A stretch of 59,710 nucleotides of DNA, counting the filler. It is 9 parts of 9 records of this genome, joined end to end, with 100 filler letters (N's around TTAATTAATTAA, not from the genome) between each part and the next. Parts side by side here need not be neighbours in the genome. Positions count along the whole stretch, not along the records: positions 1 to 7,129 come from SRR31156797_91805; positions 7,230 to 13,259 come from SRR31156797_92319; 7 more parts are not named here. The stretch is one strand, 5' to 3'. The notes beneath the pieces are model-generated. The model searched no databases. It was not told where the DNA came from and saw only the letters and a program-made list of their open reading frames with translations. Positions 1 through 9,862 of this stretch are shown here, piece by piece. Both the position numbers and the translations under genes were made by a program. Position 1 is the first letter of the stretch; each line of letters begins with the position of its first letter.

Positions 1-25
1 AACCTACGACCCGCTGATTAAGAGT
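1..25 (-). tRNA. 3' fragment of tRNA-Lys(CTT), anticodon loop to T-arm; probable att site of the island
   Basis: The reverse complement reads ACTCTTAATCAGCGGGTCGTAGGTT: loop CTCTTAA, 3' anticodon stem TCAGC, variable loop and start of the T-arm. The 5' anticodon stem (GCTGA) is missing, replaced by ATATA, so it is not an intact tRNA. Cut by the window edge. Confidence 0.8.
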
Positions 26-141
26 TATATGCTTTTCCTATCCTGCCGTTTCCTGGCATTGCTGTTTATCTCTATAATACATTGAATTTATTGATTTTAT
101 GTGAGATAAGGTTGCCTCACGTTGCATCGCATTGCTTTTTT

Positions 142-163
142 GGTGGCTACCCGGTGGCTACCC
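142..163 (+). repeat. Tandem 11-bp direct repeat, putative integrase arm-type binding sites
   Basis: GGTGGCTACCC at 142-152 and 153-163, between the att fragment and the integrase start. Confidence 0.6.
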
Positions 164-178
164 GACGGGAGATGGCCC

Positions 179-1396
179 ATGCAAGCAAAAATCATGAAAC
201 GGACGGTTGACGCGGCTCGTACCGAGACTGGGCGCTTGTACCTCTACGATACCGACCTCAAGGGATTCGGGCTTCTTGTCACTCCGAAAGGCCATAAAAG
301 TTATTTCGTTGAGTATCGCCGCAAAGGTGGGGGCCGGAATGAACCCAAGCGGCGCATCACGATCGGCACGCATGGCTCGCCATGGACACCGGAGACCGCA
401 AGAGTTAAGGCCAAAAGTCTCCTTGGAGATGTTGCCGAAGGGAATGACCCGGCAGCAAGCCTCGCACTCGCCAAACAGGCGCCCCGGACAACCGTCGAGC
501 AAGTTGCCCATGAGTTCATAGAGATTTACGCAAAACCCCGCCAACGAAGCTGGAGAGAGACCGAGCGTGTTTTCATTCGCGATATTTTTCCGGTTTTGGG
601 TTCCAAAAGATTGGAGGACGTCTCCAAAGCCAATATCGTTGCGCTGTTGGACGGCGTCTCCTCACGAGCCCCCATCATGGCAAACCGATTGCTCGCCTAC
701 CTTAAGAAATTTTTCAATTGGTGCGCGGAGCGAGGCTATATCGAAACCTCACCCTGTTCGGGGTTGAAGCCCCCCGCAGAGGAGCGCAGCAGAGATCGGG
801 TTCTCGACGACAAGGAATTAGTCCGCGTATGGGCGGCATCCCGAGAAGTCGGTTGGCCATGGGAACCCCTGGTCAAATTGCTTCTTCTTACCGCCCAGCG
901 TCGAAACGAAGTGGCGGGCATGAGATGGGAGGAAATAGATTTTGAAGCCTGCACTTGGTCCCTTCCGCAAAAACGGGCAAAAAACAAAAATGCCCACGTC
1001 ATTCCATTGGTTCAAACCGCAATCGACATCATCTCGGAATTACCTCGAACAGGAGAGTTCGTCTTGAGCACGAACGGGAAGACGCCTGTGTCCGGCTTTT
1101 CGAAGGCAAAGGCGTTTCTCGACGAAACAATTCAAAAAGATGATCCGGAAGGCTCACTTGAAACGATGCCCAGATGGACGTTCCATGATCTACGCCGGAC
1201 GACGACGACCGGCCTCGCCCGTCTCGGCGTTGCCCCACATATCGCCGAAGCCATTTTGAACCACAAGAGCGGAACGGTGTCGGGCGTAGCGGCCATCTAC
1301 AATCGACACGCCTATCTGGATGAACGCCGGACGGCACTCGAAGCGTGGGAAAAGCATGTACTGGGTTTAATCGCACAAACTCCGATCCCGACTTAA
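179..1396 (+). CDS. Tyrosine recombinase/integrase (P4/IntA-like, with N-terminal arm-binding domain)
   Basis: N-terminal 'LYDTDLKGFGLLVTPKGHKSY..RRITIG' arm-binding pattern. Catalytic R (TAQRRNE), HDLRR, LNH and Y (AIYNRH). ATG at 179 is preferred to the TTG at 122. Confidence 0.95.
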   Translation: MQAKIMKRTVDAARTETGRLYLYDTDLKGFGLLVTPKGHKSYFVEYRRKGGGRNEPKRRITIGTHGSPWTPETARVKAKSLLGDVAEGNDPAASLALAKQAPRTTVEQVAHEFIEIYAKPRQRSWRETERVFIRDIFPVLGSKRLEDVSKANIVALLDGVSSRAPIMANRLLAYLKKFFNWCAERGYIETSPCSGLKPPAEERSRDRVLDDKELVRVWAASREVGWPWEPLVKLLLLTAQRRNEVAGMRWEEIDFEACTWSLPQKRAKNKNAHVIPLVQTAIDIISELPRTGEFVLSTNGKTPVSGFSKAKAFLDETIQKDDPEGSLETMPRWTFHDLRRTTTTGLARLGVAPHIAEAILNHKSGTVSGVAAIYNRHAYLDERRTALEAWEKHVLGLIAQTPIPT

Positions 1397-1488
1397 ACCT
1401 GGCCTAACCCCACCGTGTGGCCCAGCATTTAAGTTAGAGATTGGCCCATATCCTTATCCACGATTGCCCATATGTGGGCGTACGGAGG

Positions 1489-2682
1489 TCAGGACCATTC
1501 AGCAGCTGACCTTTCGGCCTGGGATGACAGCCTTTTTACCGTGTCGGCAATGATTGTCGCTGATTGGTCCACGTCTGCATTCGTGGTATCGCGGCCCATG
1601 CTGAAGCGAATGCACTCTTCGGCTTCTTGCTCGGTGAGCCCGATGGCGCGAAGCACATGCGACGGTTCAGGCGTACCGGACGTGCAAGCAGAGCCTGTGG
1701 AAGCCGCAACACGCGGCTGGATGCTTTGCACGATGTCGTGAGCATTGATGCCAATAAATCGGAGGTTGACGCTAGCTGGATGCGAGGGTGCATCGGTAGG
1801 TGTAATCAGCACAAACTCAAGCCCAGAGTCATCAAGATGACGAACGAGCCTATCGCGAAGTGACCGCAGCCGATCGCGTTCAGTGAATGCATCATCACAT
1901 AGCAACGCGGCTGATTGCGCCATCCCGACGACAAGATGAGTTGGCACAGTGCCGGATCGAAGATTGTTTTGCTGACCACCACCAAAGATGATAGGGGAAA
2001 TGCGGCTTTGGATGGATCGTTCCACAAAGAGCCCACCGATACCCTTTGGCCCGTAGATTTTGTGACCGGATAAACTGAGCATATCGACGTACGTTGTGAT
2101 CTCAGTCATGTCGGTCGCGAGCGGTGCTTGCGCGCAGTCTGAATGAATAAGTGCCCCGACCCTGTGAGCCATTACAGCGATGGATTGAATATCTTGAATT
2201 GTGCCGATCTCGTTATTCACGCTAATGGCCGAGACGAGCAGTACGTCGCTATCAAGGTTTACGTTTAGCCAATCAAGGTCGATGCGCCCATAGCCATCTA
2301 CCGGCGCGTGCTCAACTGTGATGCAGAACAAATCATGAGCGGCTTGGGCCGCTGCAAGCAAGGATTTGTGTTCGACGGCGCTAACGATAATGCGGTTGCG
2401 GTTGGAGCCTCGCGCGGCGATGGCTGCACCTAATATGGCTTGGTTGTTGGCTTCTGTTGCACCAGATGTGAAGACGATTTCATCGCTCGCGCAGCCTAAA
2501 AGGGATGCGATTTGAGCGGCAGCGCCGTCGACAGCTTGGCTTGCTTGCCAGCCGAAGATGTGATCAGCAGAATGAGGGTTGCCGAACGATTCCCTATAAA
2601 ATGGTGCCATTGCGGCCGAGACACGCTCATCCACAGGCGTTGATGCTTGGTGGTCAAGATAAATGGTGTTCCCAATTTTCAT
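1489..2682 (-). CDS. Cysteine desulfurase (IscS/DndA/SspA-like)
   Basis: YLDHQASTP, FTSGATEANN, PLP-lysine motif SGHKIYGPKG, RSGT, active-site GSAC. Confidence 0.93.
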   Translation of the reverse strand: MKIGNTIYLDHQASTPVDERVSAAMAPFYRESFGNPHSADHIFGWQASQAVDGAAAQIASLLGCASDEIVFTSGATEANNQAILGAAIAARGSNRNRIIVSAVEHKSLLAAAQAAHDLFCITVEHAPVDGYGRIDLDWLNVNLDSDVLLVSAISVNNEIGTIQDIQSIAVMAHRVGALIHSDCAQAPLATDMTEITTYVDMLSLSGHKIYGPKGIGGLFVERSIQSRISPIIFGGGQQNNLRSGTVPTHLVVGMAQSAALLCDDAFTERDRLRSLRDRLVRHLDDSGLEFVLITPTDAPSHPASVNLRFIGINAHDIVQSIQPRVAASTGSACTSGTPEPSHVLRAIGLTEQEAEECIRFSMGRDTTNADVDQSATIIADTVKRLSSQAERSAAEWS

Positions 2683-2745
2683 TATATATCAGCAAGTTAT
2701 ACGAAATTCGTGCTGTCCCATTGGCGTAATCGCCGAGTGTTCCCG

Positions 2746-2830
2746 ACTGGATGTTGGCTCCAGTTACCGTTTGACGATACCGTAAGAGAGGGCTTATTGT
2801 CCATCTGGATGATATCTCCAGTCGGACAAT
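2746..2830. promoter_or_regulatory. Two palindromic CTGGA-N7-TCCAG sites flanking a putative sigma70 promoter in the divergent intergenic region
   Basis: ACTGGA-tgttggc-TCCAGT at 2746-2764 and ATTGTCC-at-CTGGA-tgatatc-TCCAG-tc-GGACAAT at 2796-2830. TTGACG at 2771-2776 and TATTGT at 2795-2800. Confidence 0.6.
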
Positions 2831-2834
2831 TATT

Positions 2835-3788
2835 ATGATACGGGGCCCATTAGCGAGAAGTGACTATCGCCCACAATTTTCAGGGCATGAAACATTCCCA
2901 TTAAGGTATGGGTGGCTGAAGAAAGCATTTGATGCGGTGTCCGCGACGTGTGGCACTGCTGACGCGAAAACGGTTTTTTCGCATGAGGATGTAATTGCCC
3001 GATTTGGAGTTGGCCGAAACATGGTCACGTCCATTCGGCATTGGGCGATTGCGAGCGGCATCATACAAGAAGGTAAATACGGATTTGAGCCGACGGCAAT
3101 TGGCGAGCTGATTTTTGGTGAGCGCGGGCTTGATCCTTATATGGAGCATCCTTGTACGCTATGGCTCGTTCATTGGCATTTGGCCGGGCATCCTGAAAAG
3201 ACGACGTGGTTTTGGGCGTTCAATCATTTCCAAGGCGGGGCGTTTGAACGCGACCACCTTTTGAAACCTTTGGAAGCACTCGCGGCTGAGCGTGAGTGGT
3301 CACGGGTTGCCTCTGCCACAATCAAGCGCGACGTTGAATGCTTCGTTCGGTTTTACGTGGCGAAGTCAGCAACAGGCAAAGGCAGTCACGAGGATGCTTT
3401 AGAATCTCCGCTTGCCGAGCTTGGCCTCATTCGCCCGGTCGGGCGACGCGATGGCTTCCGGTTTGTCCGAGGCGCGAAGCCCACGTTAGGCGATGGCGTT
3501 TTCCTGTATGCGCTAATTGATTTCTGGCAGCGGCATTCAACGGCAAGCACGTTGTCGTTTGAGGCGATTGCCCACGAGCCGGGCTCTCCGGGGCGGGCGT
3601 TCTTGCTCGATGAGGATGAAATCTTTGGGCGCTTGCAAGAGTTGGAAGACATAAGCGCCGGAGCCATGCGGTGGTCGGAAACAGCGGGTCTCAAACAAGT
3701 TATTCGCGATGGCGACATTCAGGTCGAAGACGCCATCGGTTTGATCAGTAGCGACTTCAAAACTCATGAAACGTGGGAGGCGGCATGA
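2835..3788 (+). CDS. DUF4007 family protein (SspB-like)
   Basis: Hallmark start FSGHETFPLRYGWLKK, GVGRNMVTSIRHW, DPYMEHPCTLWLVHW, ESPLAELGLI. Confidence 0.88.
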   Translation: MIRGPLARSDYRPQFSGHETFPLRYGWLKKAFDAVSATCGTADAKTVFSHEDVIARFGVGRNMVTSIRHWAIASGIIQEGKYGFEPTAIGELIFGERGLDPYMEHPCTLWLVHWHLAGHPEKTTWFWAFNHFQGGAFERDHLLKPLEALAAEREWSRVASATIKRDVECFVRFYVAKSATGKGSHEDALESPLAELGLIRPVGRRDGFRFVRGAKPTLGDGVFLYALIDFWQRHSTASTLSFEAIAHEPGSPGRAFLLDEDEIFGRLQELEDISAGAMRWSETAGLKQVIRDGDIQVEDAIGLISSDFKTHETWEAA

Positions 3789-6700
3789 TGGTGTTAGCAG
3801 ATCGTGTTCATATCGCCCGCCGGTTTCAGCGTGCCGTTCGTATTGATACGGACTTTGACGATGTTGCAGCCTTAGAGGGCTTTGTTTGTCCGCAATCATC
3901 TGCTGACGTATTGCTCTCGACGGTGCGTCACCTATCGGAAGTCGGTCACGGTGCGTTTACGTGGACGGGGCCGTATGGTAGTGGCAAGTCGAGCTTGGTT
4001 GTTGCGCTGAGCGCATTGCTCTCCGGCAAGAAAGCGTTGACCACTTCAGCCGTTGAGGCCATCGGTGAGGACACGACTAAAGCTGTATTGGAATCCATGC
4101 CGCCGAAGAAATCAGGATGGCTGACTATTCCGGTTGTCGGACGTCGGGAAAATCCGGTGCATGTGATCGGTGAGGCACTTGCATCTGGCAAACATTCCCG
4201 GCGACCAAAGGGCGGTTGGACTGAAAGTAGACTCATTGCGAAGTTAGATGAGTTGTCGGCGCAAAAGACTGGCTCCACGGGTGGGGTGGTTTTGTTCATC
4301 GATGAGATGGGCAAGTTCCTTGAAGGAGCGGCGCAAAGCGGTGGCGATGTTTTTGTCTTCCAGCAATTGGCTGAGGCGGCATCTCGCAGCGGCGGACGAT
4401 TGTTGGTGGTGGGCATCCTCCATCAGGCGTTTGAAGAATATGCCAACCGGCTGTCACGCGAGCAGCGCGACGAGTGGTCAAAAATTCAAGGGCGGTTTGT
4501 TGATTTGCCGGTCAATGTGGCTGGTGAAGAGCAACTCAGCCTGATTTCGCGTGCGATTGAGTCCGACGGCCACGACAAGGAAATTGAACCCGTTGCGTCA
4601 GCCGTAACCTCGCTCATTCGCGAGCAACGCCCGGCGGCATCACCTCACTTAGAAGAGGTGCTGATTGATTGTTGGCCGTTGCATCCGTTGGTGGCCTGTT
4701 TACTGGGACCGATTTCGCGCAGGCGATTTGGTCAGAACCAGCGCAGCATTTTTGGCTTTTTGAATTCTGCAGAGCCGCAGGGGTTGCAGGACTTTTTGCG
4801 CAATGCATCGAACGGTGAGTTGTACACGCCGATTAGGCTTTGGGACTACCTGCAATACAATCTTGAGCCGTCGATTTTGGCCTCACCCGATGGCCACCGC
4901 TGGTCGCTTGCAGTGGAAGCTGTGCAACGATGCGAGGCGTTGGGCGGCGATCACACTCACCTGACCGTTTTAAAGACGATTGCGCTGGTCGACATGTTCC
5001 GTGAGCGGTCTGGCTTGCTGGCAAGCGAAGGTGTGTTGCTCGCAAGCTGTGATGGCTTGACCAAAAAGGCGCTCGGAAGCGCGCTTCGTCAGCTGCAAAA
5101 ATGGTCGCTGGTTATCTTCCGAAAATTTGCTAACGACTACGCGATCTTCGCGGGCAGTGACTTTGACATTGAAGGTGCAGTTGAGACGGCATTTGCTGAA
5201 ATGGGTGGTCTTGAGTTTTCGTCACTCAAAAAGCTTGCTGACATTCAACCGATCTTAGCCAAGCGTCATTATCACAAGACGGGCGCGCTTCGCTGGTTTG
5301 ATGTTGATCTGGTACCGGTGAGTGAGTTGATTGATGTGGCGCGCCGCTACAAGCCTGAGCGCGGGACGATCGGTCAGTTCATTCTCGCCATTCCAACGGA
5401 AGGTGAGACAGATGATATTTGCAAGAAGGCAGCCCGAGACGCGTCGATTATTGGAGAGGACTGGGACATTGTTGCAGGTGTCTCACCGCGGTCATTAGAA
5501 ATTACCGATCTGACGCGTGAGCTGTGGGCTTTGGAATATGTAAGAGCTAATAGCCATGAGTTAGCCGGTGATCCTGTTGCTCGTCGCGAAGTGAATGCGC
5601 GCGTTGGGGACGTACAGGGGCGGTTGGAAGGCGTGCTGCAAAAGGCATTCGATAATGCGGACTGGTATCGCATAGGCCGTGAGCCGAAGAGGTTGTTCCA
5701 CGCGGAGCTGAATAGCTTAGCGTCGAACTTAGCGGATGAGCGGTACAACCAATCGCCAATTGTCTTCAATGAATTGCTCAACCGCATTAAGCCATCGAGC
5801 AACGCGGTAGCCGCGCAAAATTTATTGCTGCGCCGCATGGTGATGAACGAGGGTGAGCCTCGTTTAGGCATTGAAGGATTCCCGGCCGAAGGCGGGTTGT
5901 TCGCGTCCTTGCTTGAAGCGACTAGTCTTTATGTTATGGACGGTGATGCGTTGGCATTTCGCGAGCCCCCAAAGGGCAAGAAAGACGCGAACAATTTGCG
6001 CCCAATTTGGCGGGCGGCGACTAACCATCTGATGAAGAATGATGATCGGGCCGTTCCAGTGTCAGAGCTGTGCGAAATTTGGCGGGAGGCACCGTTTGGC
6101 GTGCGCGATGGTTTGATGCCGGTGTTGGCGGTTGCTTACATGCTGTCTCGACGCCAGAGTTTGGCATTTTACCGGATGGGTATTTTCCAAGGTCGCCTGC
6201 GCGACTTGGACATGGATTACCTTGCGAAAGACGCGAGAGATATTCAGTTGCGATGGATGGATTTGTCGGAGCTATCGCGCCGGTTGCTATCTGGCATGGC
6301 CGAGATTGTTCGCAAGCTCGATCAATCGAACACGTTGACTGACCTTGCTCCGATTGATGTGGCCAGAGGGTTGATCGCGATTTACATAGCTTTGCCTCCG
6401 TGGACGCAAAAAACCATGCGCCTTTCGAAAAATGCGCTGCGAATCCGGCAGCTATTTAAGAAGGCAAATGATCCAAACAAGTTCTTGTTTGATGACCTGC
6501 CAGAGAGTTTGACCAGCGAAGCTGACCTTGGCTCGGAAGCGGGTGTGCGTCGGATCGTTGAGGCCGTCCATGAGGGCCTCGAAGAATTGTGTGAAGCGTA
6601 TCCGACCATGCTGTGCCGATTGCGGGATGCGACACTTTCCGAATTGCAGGTGCCGAACACCCTTTCACGATCGTTAGCGGAGCTGACGGGGCGAGCGGAA

Positions 6701-7129
6701 AACGTCAAAGAGTTGATGGGCGACCTTCGACTGGATGCGTTTATTGGTAGGCTTATCGAATTTGATGGCAGCAATGAGCATGTAGAGGGATTGGCGAGCT
6801 TAGCTGCAAACAAGCCAGCACGCGATTGGGCTGACCCGGACATCGATCGAGCAGCGATCGAGCTGACTGACCTTGCACAAAAGTTCGTTCGGGCTGAGGC
6901 GTTTGCGCGTGTGAAAGGGCGAGCTGATAAGCGTCATGCGATGGCAGTGGTTGTTGGTGTCGATGGCCGTCCGACGCCGATCACGGGTGAGTTTGATGTG
7001 ACGGATCGCGATCGGGCCGAAATCGACCGTCTAGTTGATCAGTTTGAAGAAGCGCTCGGGCGAGGCGATGCCCGGAAGCGAAACATCGTGCTTGCTGCAC
7101 TGGCTGAGTTGAGTGCGCGTTATCTTGAA
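3785..7129 (+). CDS. Large P-loop ATPase (SspC/BrxC-related); 3' end cut by the contig break
   Basis: Walker A GPYGSGKS, Walker B LFIDEMGK, LHQAF, EWSKIQGRF, FGQNQRSIFGFL. ATGA overlap with the DUF4007 stop. Confidence 0.85.
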
Positions 7130-7229
7130 NNNNNNNNNNNNNNNNNNNNNNNNNNNNNNNNNNNNNNNNNNNNTTAATTAATTAANNNNNNNNNNNNNNN
7201 NNNNNNNNNNNNNNNNNNNNNNNNNNNNN
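7130..7229. other. Artificial contig spacer; identical spacers at 13260-13359, 18830-18929, 24169-24268, 31778-31877, 41835-41934, 47636-47735 and 53567-53666
   Basis: Each is exactly 100 nt with a central TTAATTAATTAA (stops in all six frames). Genes are cut on both sides and composition changes abruptly across most of them. Confidence 0.98.
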
Positions 7230-9785
7230 TATTTCAGCTGATATAAATTCTTCAAAAAGAAGAGCGTTTTTGGCTAATTCGAACGCAGTATTTTGAAGTT
7301 CATTTTCAACCAGATCCGGGTATTCATCGCGGAAAGCGAGAATTGCGGAAGGTTCGATTCCAATCAGTGGTGTGTCCTGAGAAATTATATCTTTTAAAAG
7401 TGATACGTTTTTTGTGGCTATTTTTTTTGAACTTTTTACCAGGCCTTTTGAAAGAAATGTCCGGCCACTTTCAACATGAACCGGAATTTTTACTTCGTAG
7501 CCCAGTTTGGTTAGCAATAAAATTGCTTTTATTCCAATATCGCTTTCGTTATAATTAGTAAACTCGTCGTTAAAAAGGTACACTTTTCCTTTTATTTTGG
7601 TTTGTGGTAGCGGAATTCCGTTTGCTGTCCAGCGGTTCAGTGTTATTTTTGAAAGCGGCGGAACGTTTCGTTTTGTAGAAAAACCAATTGCTTTTTTTAG
7701 CACCGATGTATTCATTACAAAATTGGAAACGGGCCTGAAAAGGATGGCCAGTTTGTTTAATCGTGGTAAATACGCTACCAGTTTCGAACGTAATGGAATA
7801 CCATGAATGTCGTAATAATTTTGCAGGAATTCGGCTTTTAATTTTGCCATGTCAACATTCGACGGGCATTCGCTTTTACACGCTTTGCAAGAAATACATA
7901 AATCCAAAATTTCATAAATTTCCTGGTGGTCGAACGGATTTTCCTTGTCGTTGGAATACAAAAATTCGCGTAAAATATTGGCACGTCCGCGTGTGCTTTT
8001 ATCTTCGTCGCGGGTAGCCATAAAAGTGGGGCAGAGCGTTCCTCCAATTTTTTCACTTTTACGACAGTCGCCAGAGCCGTTACATTTTTCAATACTTTGC
8101 ATGTATCCGTTGTTTCTCGAAAAATCGAAAATGGTGTCGAATTTTGGAGTTGGATTTCCCGGAATTACACGCAGATTTTCTGTAATTGGCGGTGAATCAA
8201 TAATTTTTCCAGGATTAAAAATATTGTTTGGATCCCAGGTTTTTTTCAGATTCCGAATGAGCTTATAATTGTGTTCGCCTAACATAAATGGTATAAATTT
8301 ACCACGTACACGACCATCGCCATGTTCGCCGCTCATTGAACCGCGGTATTTTTTTACCAGTGCGGCCACTTCATTCATTAATGTGTCGAACCGTTGAACG
8401 TCAGCCGGCTCTTTAAAATTTATAAGCGGGCGGAAATGAATTTCGCCGGTTGCAATGTGAGCATAAAACACGCTGTTGAGTCCGAGTTTGGCCAGTACTT
8501 TTTTTACATCTGCAACATAATCGGGTAAATATTCGGGATAAACTGCAGTGTCTTCAATCCCGGGAACACCTTTTCGGTCGTCGGGAATATTCGACAATAA
8601 ACCAAGTCCGGCTGTGCGGAGTGCCCAAACACGTTTAATTTTATCTGCGCCAGTTACAAGCGGAAAATGGTAACCCAAACCAGCTTTTTGGAAATCTTTT
8701 TTCAGTGCTGCAGCTGTATCGTTTAATTCTTTTTCTGTTTCGAACGAAAATTCAATCATCAGCAACGCGCCGGGATCACCTTTTACAAAAAAACGGTTTT
8801 TGTTTTGTTCGATATTTTGTTTGGCAGCCTGCATTACCGGATCGTCCATTAATTCAATGGCAGTGGGTTTATGTTTTAATGCTACTAAATTGCCAAGCAG
8901 CGATTCCTCCAACGTTTCGAAATGAGCACATACCAATCCTTTAGATTTGGGCGGAAGCGGAATTACATTTAGTTTAATTTTATGCGAAAAAGCCAATGTA
9001 CCTTCCGAGCCTGCCAGTAATTTACAGAAATTAAAAGCTTCACCACCTTCGGAAAATATTTCGGAGTTTAATAATTCATCGATAGCGTACCCCATATTTC
9101 GCCTGGTTAATTTGGGCTCCGGAAATTCTTTGCGGATTTCTTTTTGATTTTCCTTATTCGAAAGCGTTTCGTAAATATTTTGGTAAATGGTCTTTTCCAG
9201 CTGGTTTGGATTTCCATTTAATTTTTGCTGAAATTCATCTTTTGATAGCGCTTTGAAAGTCGTTTCTGAACCGTCGGATAAAATGGCGTCAACCTCCAGA
9301 ATATGCTCACGAACACTGCCATAAACCAGCGAATGCAGGCCACAGGAATTGTTTCCCAGCATTCCTCCAATAACACAGCGGTTGGCCGTTGATGTTTCGG
9401 GTCCAAACTGTAAATTATATTTTGCCAGAAATAAATTCAGTTCAGCCAGATTTGCTCCCGGCTCAACAACAACATATTTTTCAGCCTCGTTAAATTCGAG
9501 GATTTGGTTCATGTATTTCGAAATATCAACCACAATTCCAGGGCCTACTACCTGCCCGGCAAGCGATGTACCTGCTCCGCGCGGGATAATTGATGTTCCG
9601 TTTTCGCGGGCAAATGCGATGATTTTTTTTATGTCTTCCTTCGTTTTTGGTTTGGTAACCGCCAGCGGCATTTCCTTGTATTGCGATGCGTCGGTGGAAT
9701 ATAAAATACGCTGTACATTATCGACAAAAAGATCGCCCTCGAGTTGAGATTTTAACAGATTGAAATCGGGTTGCATAAGTTTCAT
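7230..9785 (-). CDS. FAD-binding and Fe-S-binding oxidoreductase (YdiJ/GlcD-GlcF fusion type 2-hydroxyacid dehydrogenase); C-terminus truncated
   Basis: PRGAGTSLAGQ, GGMLGNNSCG, GSEGTL, SGEHGDG, and Fe-S motifs CNGSGDC and CISCKACKSECP. Confidence 0.9.
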
Positions 9786-9862
9786 TTTATAACTTCATAA
9801 AAATAGAAGTTAATTGTTTGTGCAGCAAATTTGGAGGATGTTTTAAAATCGAAAAAGGGTAT

